From Alphaproteobacteria bacterium (GTDB lineage Bacteria; Pseudomonadota; Alphaproteobacteria; SPJN01), in NCBI GenBank assembly GCA_965229935.1, contig CBDDKB010000002.1:772165-836164 (forward strand): DNA of 64,000 nt, written 5' to 3'. Below, in pieces: positions 50,157 to 60,663 of the stretch (its first letter is position 1; each line of letters opens with the position of its first letter). The notes beneath the pieces were generated by a model. The model ran no database searches and was not told the origin of the DNA. It worked only from the letters and a program-made list of their open reading frames with translations. The translations under genes and the position numbers were made by a program.

Positions 50157-51029
50157 TCAGTCCCAGCTAGCCATTGGTGGCAGGCTCATCAAAATGGCGT
50201 CGGGATTGCCATTGGTCATGATGCCAAATCGTGTACCCCGGTCATGCAGCAGGTTAAACTCTACATAGCGGCCGCGCTTGTAAGCTTGATAGTCGCGATG
50301 TTCCTGCTCATAGGGAGTGTTCATTCGCTTGCGGACAATGGCGGGAAAGGCCTCAAGGAAAGCGCGGCCCACATCCTGTGTGAACTTGAAATCCTGTTCC
50401 CAATTTTCCTCGCTTGGTCCGCTTGACAGCCGGTCATAAAAAATGCCGCCCTGACCGCGTGGTTCATCCCGATGGGGGATAAAGAAATAGTCATCAGCCC
50501 ATTCCTTGAACTTGTCGTAATAGGTTGGGTCATTGGCATCACAGGCCCGCTTTAAACAGTCATGGAAAAAGGCGACATCCTCGTCAAACGGATAAATCCC
50601 GTTCAGATCAGCACCGCCCCCGAACCAATGTTGCGAGGTGATGAGGTGGCGTGTGTTCATGTGAACGGGCGGGACGAACGGATTACGCATATGAGCGACG
50701 AGCGAAATGCCGGATGCCCAAAATTGCGGATTGTCAGAAGCGCCCGGAATCTCTTTCGCGAACTGTTCGGAAAATTCGCCTTCAACAGCAGAAAAATTGA
50801 CCCCGACCTTTTCAAAGACTCGGCCCTTCATTTTGCCGATGGTGCCACCGCCGCCGCCGGGCCGTTCCCAGCTTGTATACTCAAACGTACCGGCGTCGGC
50901 CTTGTCGCAATCAGGGCCGTCATAATCTTGCTCAATCGCCTCGAAGGCGGCGCAGATTTGATCGCGCAAGTCCTGAAACCAATCGGCGGCACGGGTCTTG
51001 TGGGCGTCTGTGGGGGCAAAGTCAGTCAT
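50157..51029 (-). CDS. hemF: Oxygen-dependent coproporphyrinogen III oxidase
   Basis: 290 aa with conserved HemF motifs (GGGADL, RRGRYVEFNL). Confidence 0.9.
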   Translation of the reverse strand: MTDFAPTDAHKTRAADWFQDLRDQICAAFEAIEQDYDGPDCDKADAGTFEYTSWERPGGGGGTIGKMKGRVFEKVGVNFSAVEGEFSEQFAKEIPGASDNPQFWASGISLVAHMRNPFVPPVHMNTRHLITSQHWFGGGADLNGIYPFDEDVAFFHDCLKRACDANDPTYYDKFKEWADDYFFIPHRDEPRGQGGIFYDRLSSGPSEENWEQDFKFTQDVGRAFLEAFPAIVRKRMNTPYEQEHRDYQAYKRGRYVEFNLLHDRGTRFGIMTNGNPDAILMSLPPMASWD

Positions 51030-51044
51030 AAATTCTTCCGGTGT

Positions 51045-51554
51045 TTAGGCGGGTGAGTGGGCATGTTTCGCAAACTGATCAAGCTGGCGCAAGACCTCTC
51101 CTGCAATCATGGCGGCGCTGACCGCTAAATTCAGGCTACGCTGCCCAGGCTGCATGGGGATCAAAAGGCGATGATCGGCGCTGTTATGGATGTCATCGGG
51201 GACGCCTGCAGATTCGCGTCCGAACAAAATCACGTCGGTTGGCGCGAATCTAAAGTCCGTATAGGGGCTGGCTGCATGCGTCGTCATGAGAATCAGTCGC
51301 CGCCCTTGGTCGCGTCTTTGTGCGTCAAATGCCTCATAATTCATGTGGCGGATCAAATTGGCGCTATCTAGATAATCCATGCCCGCCCGGCGCAAGGTTC
51401 GGTCCGATAAGGCAAAGCCACAAGGTTCGATCACTTCGATAGGCAGGCCCAAACAGGCACCTAAACGCAGAATAGTCCCGGTATTCTGCGGAATATCGGG
51501 CTGGTAAAGGGCGATTGAGGGCGATTGGATGGGCGAATCTGTCATAGGGCTCAC
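51045..51554 (-). CDS. trmL: tRNA (cytidine/uridine-2'-O)-methyltransferase, SpoU/TrmL family
   Basis: IALYQPDIPQNTGTILR N-terminus equivalent to E. coli TrmL; SPOUT fold. Confidence 0.8.
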   Translation of the reverse strand: MSPMTDSPIQSPSIALYQPDIPQNTGTILRLGACLGLPIEVIEPCGFALSDRTLRRAGMDYLDSANLIRHMNYEAFDAQRRDQGRRLILMTTHAASPYTDFRFAPTDVILFGRESAGVPDDIHNSADHRLLIPMQPGQRSLNLAVSAAMIAGEVLRQLDQFAKHAHSPA

Positions 51555-51757
51555 TCAACCCGGAAGTCGCGGACAGGTCAATAAAATTGGCACAAAACAG
51601 CCCAAGATGCGCCGATTTTCCAGAATCGCGCGACACTTTGCCATGAGCTTTGCATCGACTGGACAATTTACTCTGTGGATGCAAAAACATTGCCGAGTCT
51701 GTATGTCTGATCCGCCTCGCAGGATCGGACCGTTCGGAAATTTGAAGAGGGACAGGT

Positions 51758-52297
51758 ATGACTGCCGATAATACACAGTCAGCCCATGGCCATGACGAAG
51801 ATGTAACGCGTCGCGACATTCTATATGTCGGTACCGCCGCGTTCGCTGCTGTCGGTGGTGGGGCAGCGGTTTGGCCGCTGGTTGATCAGATGAATCCTGA
51901 TGCATCAACATTGGCATTGGCTTCTACGGAAGTGAATTTGTCTGCAATTGCAGAAGGCCAGTCGGTCACAATTATGTGGCGCGGGACGCCGGTATTTGTG
52001 CGTCACCGTACAGCTGCCGAAATTGAAGAGGCCCGCAACGTGCCGGTAACGGATTTGCCTGATCCGCAAGCCGATGACGAACGCGTGCAAAAGCCTGAAT
52101 GGTTGATCATGCGCGCGATCTGCACCCACTTGGGCTGCGTGCCCTTGGGCGAGCAGGGCGACTTCAACGGTTGGTTCTGTCCTTGTCATGGTTCTCACTA
52201 CGACACATCAGGTCGTATTCGTAAGGGGCCGGCACCTACGAACCTTGAAATTCCGCCTTATGAGTTCCTTTCGGACTCTGTCATCAAAATCGGTTAA
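51758..52297 (+). CDS. petA: Ubiquinol-cytochrome c reductase Rieske iron-sulfur subunit
   Basis: Tat-like RRDILY signal and Rieske boxes CTHLGC and CPCHGSHYD. Confidence 0.9.
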   Translation: MTADNTQSAHGHDEDVTRRDILYVGTAAFAAVGGGAAVWPLVDQMNPDASTLALASTEVNLSAIAEGQSVTIMWRGTPVFVRHRTAAEIEEARNVPVTDLPDPQADDERVQKPEWLIMRAICTHLGCVPLGEQGDFNGWFCPCHGSHYDTSGRIRKGPAPTNLEIPPYEFLSDSVIKIG

Positions 52298-52309
52298 GGA
52301 GCAGCCCTC

Positions 52310-53635
52310 ATGAGCAGCAACAACGGACCGAAGCGCGATTTTATTGATCCGCATGAATTGGCCGAGCCGTTTGAATCAAATAACGGCATCGTAAACTGGA
52401 TGGAAAGCCGTCTGCCCATTATCTCACTTGTGTATAATGCAGGCTTCTCTTTCCCCAGCCCCCGCAATCTGAACTACTTCTGGACCTTTGGTATGATTTT
52501 GAGCTTCATGCTCGTCTTCCAATTGGCCACCGGTATTGTTCTGGTGATGCATTACACGCCCCATGTCGATATGGCCTTTGCCTCTGTCGAGCATATTATG
52601 CGTGACGTGAATTATGGCTGGTTGTTGCGCTATGCGCATGCCAATGGCGCCAGCTTCTTCTTCATCGCTGTCTATATCCACATGATCCGTGGTCTGTACT
52701 ATGGTTCATACAAAGCCCCGCGCGAGGTGCTTTGGATCATCGGTGTTGCGATCTATCTTGTGATGATGGCAACAGGCTTCATGGGCTATGTGTTGCCTTG
52801 GGGTCAGATGAGCCTGTGGGGCGTGACCGTGATCACCAACCTGTTCTCAGCCTTGCCGTTGATTGGTGAGCCGCTGGTAACTCTGTTGTGGGGTGGTTTC
52901 TCTGTCGATAACCCGACGCTGAACCGCTTCTTCTCATTGCACTATCTGCTGCCGTTCGTCATTGCCGGTTTGGTTGTGTTGCACATTTGGGCGCTACATG
53001 TCCCGGGCAACAATAACCCGCTGGGTATCGACGTGAAGGGCAAGCAGGATACGCTGTCATTCTGGCCGTACTACCAGATCAAGGACATGTTCGCTCTTGT
53101 CGTCTTCCTGATCGTTTTCATGGGCTTTGTGTTCTATGCCCCGAACATGCTGGGTCACCCCGATAACTATATCGAGGCAAACCCCATGCAGACACCGCCG
53201 CACATTGTGCCTGAATGGTATTACCTGCCCTTCTATGCAATTCTGCGCTCAGTACCTGACATTCTGTTTATCCCTGCCAAGCTTGGCGGTGTGATTGCCA
53301 TGTTCGGTGCGATTGCCATTTGGGCGCTGATGCCCTGGCTCGACACCAGCCGCGTGCGTTCAAGCCGGTTCCGTCCGGTATGGCGCTGGTTCGTGTTCAT
53401 CTTCCTGGCAGACATGTTGCTGCTGGGGTGGCTGGGCGCGCAGGTGCCGAACGATGTGCTTGTCCTGATCGGTCAGCTTTGCACGATCTACTATTTTGCC
53501 TTCTTCCTGATCATCATGCCTGTCATGGGCCTGATCGAAAAGCCGAAGCCCTTGCCCACATCAATCGCTGATGAGGTTTTGGGCGGTGCGGCAGCGCCCG
53601 AAGGGGCCGCTGCAGCGCAGGAAAAACGCGGTTAA
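52310..53635 (+). CDS. petB: Cytochrome b
   Basis: 441 aa with eight TM helices and heme-ligating His pairs; it follows petA. Confidence 0.95.
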   Translation: MSSNNGPKRDFIDPHELAEPFESNNGIVNWMESRLPIISLVYNAGFSFPSPRNLNYFWTFGMILSFMLVFQLATGIVLVMHYTPHVDMAFASVEHIMRDVNYGWLLRYAHANGASFFFIAVYIHMIRGLYYGSYKAPREVLWIIGVAIYLVMMATGFMGYVLPWGQMSLWGVTVITNLFSALPLIGEPLVTLLWGGFSVDNPTLNRFFSLHYLLPFVIAGLVVLHIWALHVPGNNNPLGIDVKGKQDTLSFWPYYQIKDMFALVVFLIVFMGFVFYAPNMLGHPDNYIEANPMQTPPHIVPEWYYLPFYAILRSVPDILFIPAKLGGVIAMFGAIAIWALMPWLDTSRVRSSRFRPVWRWFVFIFLADMLLLGWLGAQVPNDVLVLIGQLCTIYYFAFFLIIMPVMGLIEKPKPLPTSIADEVLGGAAAPEGAAAAQEKRG

Positions 53636-53654
53636 GGTGAGGGGAGATAAGGAA

Positions 53655-54425
53655 ATGACAATGTTCAAAACAGCCCGTAACCTTTTCATTGCTGCCGGTG
53701 TTGCCTTTGCAGGCATGACCGGAATGGCAGCCGCTGCCGGTGGCGAGGTTCATATTCCCGAACAGGAATGGTCGTTTGACGGCCCGTTCGGGACCTTTGA
53801 TCGCGCAGCATTGCAGCGTGGTTTTCAGGTCTATTCAGAAGTGTGCGCCGCATGTCACGGAATGCAGTATCTGCATTACCGAAATTTGGGCGAAGCAGGT
53901 GGTCCTGAATTCACCGAGGCACAGGTGAAGGCTATTGCCGCTGCTGTCGATGTTTCTGACATTGATGATGAAGGTGAAACCATCGATCGTCCCGGCCTGC
54001 CCAAGGACAAATTCGTATCACCCTTTGCCAACACACGTGCCGCTGCGGCTGCACATGGTGTGGCACCGCCGGATTTGAGCCTGATGGCAAAAGCTCGCGT
54101 TGGTGGTCCTGACTATATTTTCGCACTGTTGAATGGTTATGAGGATGGTCCTGAGGACTTTGAAGGGGCGAACTATAACAAGTATTTCCCCGGTCATAAT
54201 ATTGCGATGGCACAGCCTTTGTTCGATGATCAGGTCGAATATCAGGACGGTACGCCCGCAACACAGGAACAGATGGCGCGTGATGTTTCCCAGTTCCTGA
54301 TGTGGGCAGCAGAGCCGAAGCTTGAAGCACGTCGGTCACTCGGCATTCGGGTTATGCTGTATCTGATTATTCTTGCTGGCCTCATGTACTTTGTGAAACG
54401 TAAGGTTTGGGCCGACGCGCACTAA
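53655..54425 (+). CDS. petC: Cytochrome c1
   Basis: Signal peptide, CAACH heme motif and a C-terminal TM anchor. The start was refined to the ATG at 53655 with an SD. Confidence 0.85.
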   Translation: MTMFKTARNLFIAAGVAFAGMTGMAAAAGGEVHIPEQEWSFDGPFGTFDRAALQRGFQVYSEVCAACHGMQYLHYRNLGEAGGPEFTEAQVKAIAAAVDVSDIDDEGETIDRPGLPKDKFVSPFANTRAAAAAHGVAPPDLSLMAKARVGGPDYIFALLNGYEDGPEDFEGANYNKYFPGHNIAMAQPLFDDQVEYQDGTPATQEQMARDVSQFLMWAAEPKLEARRSLGIRVMLYLIILAGLMYFVKRKVWADAH

Positions 54426-54455
54426 ACCTTCATTGGCCAAATGAAAATTCTTGAA

Positions 54456-54484
54456 AGGCACCACTGAATGTGGTGCCTTTTTTG
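54456..54484 (+). terminator. Intrinsic terminator of the petABC operon
   Basis: AGGCACCAC/GTGGTGCCT 9-bp stem with a 5-nt loop, followed by TTTTTT. Confidence 0.7.
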
Positions 54485-54511
54485 TCTGTGCATTTTGTGG
54501 AGTAGGGCCAG

Positions 54512-55384
54512 ATGGCTGAAACAGTCCTGGGGATTATTGGCGGTAGTGGCGTCTATGATATGGACGGGCTAGAAGATAAGGAATGGCGTCGGGTTGATAG
54601 CCCGTGGGGTGATCCGTCTGACGAGCTGTTGTTCGGTACTTATCTGGGGGTACAGCTTGTCTTTCTGCCTCGTCATGGCAGGGGCCACAGGTTAACCCCG
54701 ACGGCGATTAATTACCGCGCCAATATTGATGCGATGAAACGCGCTGGGGTGACAGATATTCTGTCCGTTTCCGCCTGTGGGTCTTTCCGTGAGTCGATGG
54801 CGCCCGGCACATTCGTTATTGTTGATCAGTTCGTGGACCGCACCCATTTGCGGGAGAAAAGCTTTTTTGGACCGGGGCTCGTTGCGCATGTTTCAATGGC
54901 CCATCCGGTTTGTAAACGATTGGGCGACGCCGCAGAGCGGGCAGCACAAGACGCGGGGATAGCTCACCATCGTGGCGGCACCTATCTTGCGATGGAGGGG
55001 CCGCAATTCTCCTCCTACGCTGAATCAATCATGTACCGCGAGTGGGGTATGGACGTGATCGGCATGACCAACATGCCAGAGGCGAAACTGGCACGCGAGG
55101 CTGAGATTGATTACGCGACGGTTGCTATGGTGACGGACTTTGACTGTTGGCACCCCGATCATGACAATGTGGATGTGGATAGTGTGATCGCCATCCTTGG
55201 GCAAAACGCATCCAATGCGCAGGCGTTGGTTAAGGCAATTGTACCCTTATTGCAGGACAGGTCCGAAACCTGCCCCTATGGCTGCGACAGGGCGCTGGAC
55301 AATGCCCTGATCACCGCGCCTGAGGCCCGGGACGCGGATCTGATGGAGAAGTTGTCCGCTGTTGCTGGAAGGGCGCTGTCATGA
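54512..55384 (+). CDS. mtnP: S-methyl-5'-thioadenosine phosphorylase
   Basis: PNP/MTAP family; GIIGGSG N-terminus and MTAP-like length. Confidence 0.85.
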   Translation: MAETVLGIIGGSGVYDMDGLEDKEWRRVDSPWGDPSDELLFGTYLGVQLVFLPRHGRGHRLTPTAINYRANIDAMKRAGVTDILSVSACGSFRESMAPGTFVIVDQFVDRTHLREKSFFGPGLVAHVSMAHPVCKRLGDAAERAAQDAGIAHHRGGTYLAMEGPQFSSYAESIMYREWGMDVIGMTNMPEAKLAREAEIDYATVAMVTDFDCWHPDHDNVDVDSVIAILGQNASNAQALVKAIVPLLQDRSETCPYGCDRALDNALITAPEARDADLMEKLSAVAGRALS

Positions 55385-55917
55385 CAGATCACCTCAAAGC
55401 TTTGGTTCGCACCATTCAGGATTTCCCAAAACCCGGCATACAGTTTCGTGATGTCACAACCTTGTTCAGTGACCCGGCGGGCATGTCAGGTGCGGTCAAG
55501 GCATTGGCCGCGATGGCGGGCGAGTATGACAAGGTGGATATCGTTGCCGGGATAGAGGCGCGCGGCTTTATCCTTGGTGCCGCGCTTGCCATTGAACTGG
55601 GCGTTGGGTTCGTCCCTGTCCGAAAAAAGGGCAAGCTGCCCGGCGCAACGATCGAAGAAACCTATCAGCTGGAATATGGCACAGATACACTTGAATTGCA
55701 TTTGGATGCCATCAAACAGGGCCATCGGGTGTTATTGATCGATGATTTGATCGCAACAGGCGGTACAGCACTTGCCGCGCACAGGCTAATCAAACGGGCA
55801 GGGGGTGAGGTGCCAGCAGCGCTTTTTGTTATAGATTTGCCGGATTTGGGCGGGGCTGATCGGTTGCGTGAGGTAGGACTGGCCGTGTCGGTGTTGATGG
55901 ATTTTGAAGGTGACTGA
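55381..55917 (+). CDS. apt: Adenine phosphoribosyltransferase
   Basis: PRPP-binding motif VLLIDDLIATGGT. Its start has an ATGA overlap with the mtnP stop. Confidence 0.9.
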   Translation: MTDHLKALVRTIQDFPKPGIQFRDVTTLFSDPAGMSGAVKALAAMAGEYDKVDIVAGIEARGFILGAALAIELGVGFVPVRKKGKLPGATIEETYQLEYGTDTLELHLDAIKQGHRVLLIDDLIATGGTALAAHRLIKRAGGEVPAALFVIDLPDLGGADRLREVGLAVSVLMDFEGD

Positions 55918-56266
55918 TAGTTACCAAACCGGTCTTGCGGGGGAGGCGATTGCCGCTACCTATATGGAGCAGGCGGGCTATGCCATACTCGACCAGCGGT
56001 TTAAAACCAGTGAAGGCGAAATTGATTTGGTCGCGGCGCAACGCGGCCTGATTGTCTTTGTTGAGGTAAAAGCTCGCGCTACACACGAGGGTGGCGCTGC
56101 AGCATTAGAAGGGCTTGCGCGAGATCACAAGCGTATTGTGGCAGCTGCAGAAATATGGCGTGGCCAGCATCCTGACCACGCCACACAATGTGATTTTCGA
56201 TTTGACGTTGTTCTGGTGATCGGCACAAAGGTTACCGACCATATCGAAAACGCGTTTATCAGTTAG
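55904..56266 (+). CDS. yraN: YraN family protein (UPF0102, endonuclease-like)
   Basis: GEIDLVA...LVFVEVKAR motif. The start is non-ATG (TTG at 55904 or GTG at 55910). Confidence 0.75.
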   Translation: MKVTDSYQTGLAGEAIAATYMEQAGYAILDQRFKTSEGEIDLVAAQRGLIVFVEVKARATHEGGAAALEGLARDHKRIVAAAEIWRGQHPDHATQCDFRFDVVLVIGTKVTDHIENAFIS

Positions 56267-58815
56267 AATAAGTAGCGGAACTCAATCTCGTAACTTGTGG
56301 TGGGGATACGTCCCCCAAAGTGGGATCCGACAAAGGTCGGCACATCATCGTTCCCGGCCAATGCTTCACGGTCAGCGATATTGTCCACATAAAGCATGGC
56401 AGACCAATTATCATCCAATCCACGAATGCCGCCACGACCATTCAATGTCCAGCCAGCCTCGCGCACATCAACGGGGTCAAGGTCGACGGTCAAGAATTCG
56501 TCTGACGCATAAATCCCGGTGATACCCAAATGCAATTTGAAGGGCAGGTTGAAAATTTGCCGATCAAATGTGGCACCAAGTGTGTGCTGCCATTCGGGGG
56601 AACTTGAAAGCTGTGCGCCGCCCAAATCACAAGGCGGGTCACCCTGGAACTCTGACGTGCAGGGGCCATTGGGGAAGCTGTCATAGGTTGCTTCGGTATA
56701 GGCACCGGTTGCGCTTAGGAACATGCCCCAGAAGGGTACGAGCAAGGCTTCCCACTCAACGCCTTGAATGGTGGCGTCAGCGGCGTTTTCAACAACGAAT
56801 GACACACCGTTGAATGAGCTGATCTGCAAATCGCGGAACTTGGTATAAAAGGCGGAAACATTCAGGCGTGCCGCCCCTTCAAGCCATTCTGATTTGAAGC
56901 CACCTTCTAGAACGACTGAGCTTTCTTCTTCATATTCCAACTGTTCTGAATTCAGTGCAGAAATATTATAGCCGCCTGACTTATAGCCTTGGGCAAATGT
57001 CAGATAGGTCATCAAATCATCTGTCCATTGAATAGATGTTGAAACCTTAGGCGATATTGAAAATTCGTCGCGTGACCGGCTTTCGGTAAAGTCGGTATTG
57101 CCAGATTGGATAACAGGGAAGACCAACGCCCCGCCGGGGGTGAAGTTCAGGTTGGGGTTACCCTGCAGGTCAATCGGGTTACCGTTGCCGCGAATACCCG
57201 TCCGCTCGTTGATCAGGGCATGATCATAGAAAATGCTCTTTTCCTCATAACCAATGCGCAAGCCGATTGTGGTCGACCAAATCTCTGTCATGTGCCAGGT
57301 CAATTGACCAAAGGCGGCATAGGATTCTGTCACCTGATCAAAGCGCGTTTCGCTTGATTCAATAACAGGCGTGCCTTCAAGGTCTTGTCTAACCTTTGTG
57401 ACATTGCCAGCCAATGTGCCAAACAGCGTATTATCCAGCTCTGAATTTTGGCAGGCAAGTCGTAGGTCAGTTGCCAACAAAGCACCCAATAGATTCGCAA
57501 GTTCAAGCGGGATGGTAGTGCAGATCGTGCGTTCACCTTCACCAGTCACGGCGATGACTTCATGCAGTTCCATGAAATCGATTGTGTCAGACTGAACATC
57601 CACATTGCTTTTCACATAGTTCAAGCCTGCGATGAATTCCACTTCGCCGGGGGGCGAGGTAACGCGGAATTCCTGACTGAACTGATCAAACTTTTCATGT
57701 TCGTCCAAAATCAAAAAGGGAATGGGCGAGAAGTCTGCGTCGAACACGACCTTGTCGTCCATATCCGCATAGGCGGTCAGGGATGTCAGTGTGTAGCCTG
57801 AAGACAATTCCCAGTTCATCCGTAGATTGCCATCAATGTTTGTGCGTTCAACAAACCCCGGAAAGTTCTGATGTGTTTTATCGTCAAACACATTATCGCT
57901 TGTTTGGGGGTCATAGACCTGCATCGCGGCCAAATGGCGGGCGCGTGTCTTGGTCAACTGTGTGCCGCTACCTTGCTGGTCAACTGTTGATCCGGCAATT
58001 GCAAGTGTTGCGTTGAAGGTCGTGCTCGGCTCATACCGAATTTTGATGCGGGCATTTTCGTTATCAAGATTGCGTTCGTCTCGGCCGATTGTCGTGTTTT
58101 CAATATCGCCATCCTGCTCTTCTGTCAGATAGGCAATGCGGAAAGACCAGTCATCGTTCCAAAGTGGCCCACCGAAGGCAAGGCGGACACGATATTTGTC
58201 CCGTTCACCCAAAAGCAGGTCGCCATCAAAGCCCCATTCAGGAACCGGGTCTTGAGTGCGAAGATGCAGGGCCCCTGCGGCTGAGTTCTTGCCGTATAGA
58301 GTGCCTTGCGGTCCGCGCAGAACTTCAACAGCGGCAAGGTCGAGCAAGCCGTTTGAAAGGTATGACGGGCGGCCCATATAGACTTCATCAATAATGATCG
58401 CCACGGACTGTTCAAAGCCACGGTTAAATCCTGACCCAAGTCCGCGCATATAGATGAAGTTGAAGGTTGGCGTCGCAAGCACGCTTAGGTTGGGGGCATA
58501 GGCAGACACGTCATTCAGGTCGGCCATATTCTTTTGTTTGATATCTTCGCCGCCGATCGCAGTCACTGACAATGGCACGTCCTGAATATCCTCAGCACGT
58601 TTTTGCGCGGTCACGATAATCTCGTCCAGTTTTGCGCGTTGCTGTGTCGGTTCAGGGGCAGGGGCGGCATCAGCCTCCACCTGTGCGTCAGCTTCTGCTT
58701 CTACATCCTGTGCGAAAGCCTGAAATTGATCAGCATATGTAATGCTTGTGAAAGCAAGCGCCGACAGGGTGCTAACACCCATAAACCGGCGCAACCTAGA
58801 TTGTTGCGTCGCCAT
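56263..58815 (-). CDS. TonB-dependent outer-membrane receptor
   Basis: Signal peptide, a plug domain with a TonB box-like region (DEIIVTAQKR), a 22-strand barrel, and a C-terminal ...EFRYLF. The start was chosen at the ATG at 58815 (SD GGAGTGG); the ORF-track start at 58845 is 10 residues further upstream. Confidence 0.9.
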   Translation of the reverse strand: MATQQSRLRRFMGVSTLSALAFTSITYADQFQAFAQDVEAEADAQVEADAAPAPEPTQQRAKLDEIIVTAQKRAEDIQDVPLSVTAIGGEDIKQKNMADLNDVSAYAPNLSVLATPTFNFIYMRGLGSGFNRGFEQSVAIIIDEVYMGRPSYLSNGLLDLAAVEVLRGPQGTLYGKNSAAGALHLRTQDPVPEWGFDGDLLLGERDKYRVRLAFGGPLWNDDWSFRIAYLTEEQDGDIENTTIGRDERNLDNENARIKIRYEPSTTFNATLAIAGSTVDQQGSGTQLTKTRARHLAAMQVYDPQTSDNVFDDKTHQNFPGFVERTNIDGNLRMNWELSSGYTLTSLTAYADMDDKVVFDADFSPIPFLILDEHEKFDQFSQEFRVTSPPGEVEFIAGLNYVKSNVDVQSDTIDFMELHEVIAVTGEGERTICTTIPLELANLLGALLATDLRLACQNSELDNTLFGTLAGNVTKVRQDLEGTPVIESSETRFDQVTESYAAFGQLTWHMTEIWSTTIGLRIGYEEKSIFYDHALINERTGIRGNGNPIDLQGNPNLNFTPGGALVFPVIQSGNTDFTESRSRDEFSISPKVSTSIQWTDDLMTYLTFAQGYKSGGYNISALNSEQLEYEEESSVVLEGGFKSEWLEGAARLNVSAFYTKFRDLQISSFNGVSFVVENAADATIQGVEWEALLVPFWGMFLSATGAYTEATYDSFPNGPCTSEFQGDPPCDLGGAQLSSSPEWQHTLGATFDRQIFNLPFKLHLGITGIYASDEFLTVDLDPVDVREAGWTLNGRGGIRGLDDNWSAMLYVDNIADREALAGNDDVPTFVGSHFGGRIPTTSYEIEFRYLF

Positions 58816-58865
58816 TATTGCCACTCCATTGCAAAATTCTGACACGTCCCCCGTGCCTCTAATTT

Positions 58866-58880
58866 ATGACAAATAGTCAT
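58866..58880. promoter_or_regulatory. Perfect palindrome ATGAC-N5-GTCAT in the TonB-dependent receptor promoter region, a candidate iron-responsive repressor site
   Basis: Read directly; it lies about 50 bp upstream of the receptor start codon on the minus strand. Confidence 0.3.
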
Positions 58881-58949
58881 GCCTAAAACATTAAAATTCA
58901 ACAAGAAAAAACGAAAGACAAACAACCTTAAGATGTGCGTGAAAGGTGC

Positions 58950-59966
58950 CTAATTGTCGTCGCTAAAGCCGTGGATCAGATTATTGCGCAGCAGAATATC
59001 AGTGGTTGGTGTACGTGGCCCAAGGGGTTGGGGTTGGGCCAATATCTGCGCGGCAGCTTGTTGCAGCTTCGACAGCAGTTCAATCGCCTGCTCGACAGTC
59101 ACAGCTTCAAACCGTAATGGGGCAGATTGTTGTCCTATAGGTGATTGGGCAAGGCGCGGCAGGTCCGCTGTGATCAGCGTGCCGAGCTTTGGGTACCCGC
59201 CGCTTGTCTGTCTGTCTGCCATTAAAATGATGGGGTGCCCATCTCCCGGCACCTGAATGGTGCCCATGGCAATCCCATCTGAAACAATGTCGGCTGGCCC
59301 CATGTGCTGCATCGGTTCACCCGTTAAGCGGTAGCCCATGCGGTCGCTTCGGTGTGATAGGGTAAAGCCACCATCCATGAATTGTGTAATCGACTTGGGG
59401 GATAGCATGAAATCCTGCGGTCCCATGATAAGTCTTAGTTGGTTTTTGGTTTGGTAAAGTTGCTCCACCAAGGGAAAGCTCGCCGACGATAGGGGGGGTG
59501 ATGCTGCTTCCTTGCTGAACAGTTTCAATCCGTTGGCAAGCGGCGGGCCACCCAGTTTGGCGCGACGGTGATAGCTGACACTGCCAAGCTGCATTTTGCC
59601 GTCAAAGCCGCCGCCTGCTATCGCAAGATAGGCCCAGCCACCATGACGGGCAGGATGCAGGCTGAACTGGTCGCCACTTTGCAGCGTAATGCGGCTTGCT
59701 GAATTGATCTCATCCCCATTCAGTGTCGCGTGCCCACCCGGGGCGCACAGGCCCAAGGCACAATCGCCAAGTGCTTCGGCGGCTATGCCCATTTGATCAA
59801 GCTCTAGCACCGCAGCATCTGCATCGTTGCCGACCATTTGATTGGCAAGTTCCGCTGCCAGCCAGTCCATCGGCCCCGAAACTGATACGCCATAGCGTTG
59901 CCAGCCATAGCGCCCGCGATCTTGCAGGCTTGCCCCCGGTCCGATTTTGGTGAGCTGTAATGCCAT
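58950..59966 (-). CDS. pxpC: 5-oxoprolinase subunit C (biotin-dependent carboxyltransferase family, KipA-like)
   Basis: About 338 aa with a cyclophilin-like fold. Its start is 1 nt after the pxpB stop. Confidence 0.85.
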   Translation of the reverse strand: MALQLTKIGPGASLQDRGRYGWQRYGVSVSGPMDWLAAELANQMVGNDADAAVLELDQMGIAAEALGDCALGLCAPGGHATLNGDEINSASRITLQSGDQFSLHPARHGGWAYLAIAGGGFDGKMQLGSVSYHRRAKLGGPPLANGLKLFSKEAASPPLSSASFPLVEQLYQTKNQLRLIMGPQDFMLSPKSITQFMDGGFTLSHRSDRMGYRLTGEPMQHMGPADIVSDGIAMGTIQVPGDGHPIILMADRQTSGGYPKLGTLITADLPRLAQSPIGQQSAPLRFEAVTVEQAIELLSKLQQAAAQILAQPQPLGPRTPTTDILLRNNLIHGFSDDN

Positions 59967-60661
59967 TAGTCCAGCTCCACTCTGTCGAGCGTTGCGCTGT
60001 CCCATTCTTCCGCGCTGATTGGGGCAAAGCTGATTTGATCACCGACATTGAATGGCGTTACAGGATTTGCGTCAGCGTCAAAGATCACCAACGGCGTGCG
60101 GCCAATGACATACCATCCCGTTGGCATGGCAACGCTGGAAATCAGACCCTGTGCGCCGCCGATCATGATGCTGCCGGGCGGTACTTCTGGGCGAGGTGTT
60201 GTCCGTCGCGGTACATGTAGTGCAGAAGGTAATCCCGCAAGATAGGCACAGCCAGGCATAAAGCCGAACATGGCAATCGTAAAAACGGTCTGTTGATGTA
60301 GCTTTATCGCCTCGTCAAAACTCAGTCCGATCTGTGCCTCATACTCGTCTTTGTCGAGTGCGTAGGGGGCTTCGTAACAAACGGGGATGCGCCACATGGA
60401 TTGTGATTTTTGTTCCGTATCAGCTTTGGCAAGGCAATCTGTTATAAGCGCCTCAAGTGCTGATAAAGGCAGGCGCAACGGATCAAAGTGGACCGTCAGG
60501 CTGCGATAGGTCGGCACGCATTCTATAATACCCTCAAGCCTATTTTGGGTGAGAGCCGCATCAAGCCTGCTGACTGCCGCCATCAGGTCCGGGGTGATGC
60601 TGTCGCCAAATTCAACGGTTAGGGCGCTGTCGCCCAAGGGTAGGAAGCGTGGCGCAGTCAT
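59966..60661 (-). CDS. pxpB: 5-oxoprolinase subunit B (KipI-like)
   Basis: About 231 aa; MTAPRFLPLGDSALTVEFGD N-terminus typical of PxpB. The start was refined to the ATG at 60661. Confidence 0.8.
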   Translation of the reverse strand: MTAPRFLPLGDSALTVEFGDSITPDLMAAVSRLDAALTQNRLEGIIECVPTYRSLTVHFDPLRLPLSALEALITDCLAKADTEQKSQSMWRIPVCYEAPYALDKDEYEAQIGLSFDEAIKLHQQTVFTIAMFGFMPGCAYLAGLPSALHVPRRTTPRPEVPPGSIMIGGAQGLISSVAMPTGWYVIGRTPLVIFDADANPVTPFNVGDQISFAPISAEEWDSATLDRVELD

Positions 60662-60663
60662 GG

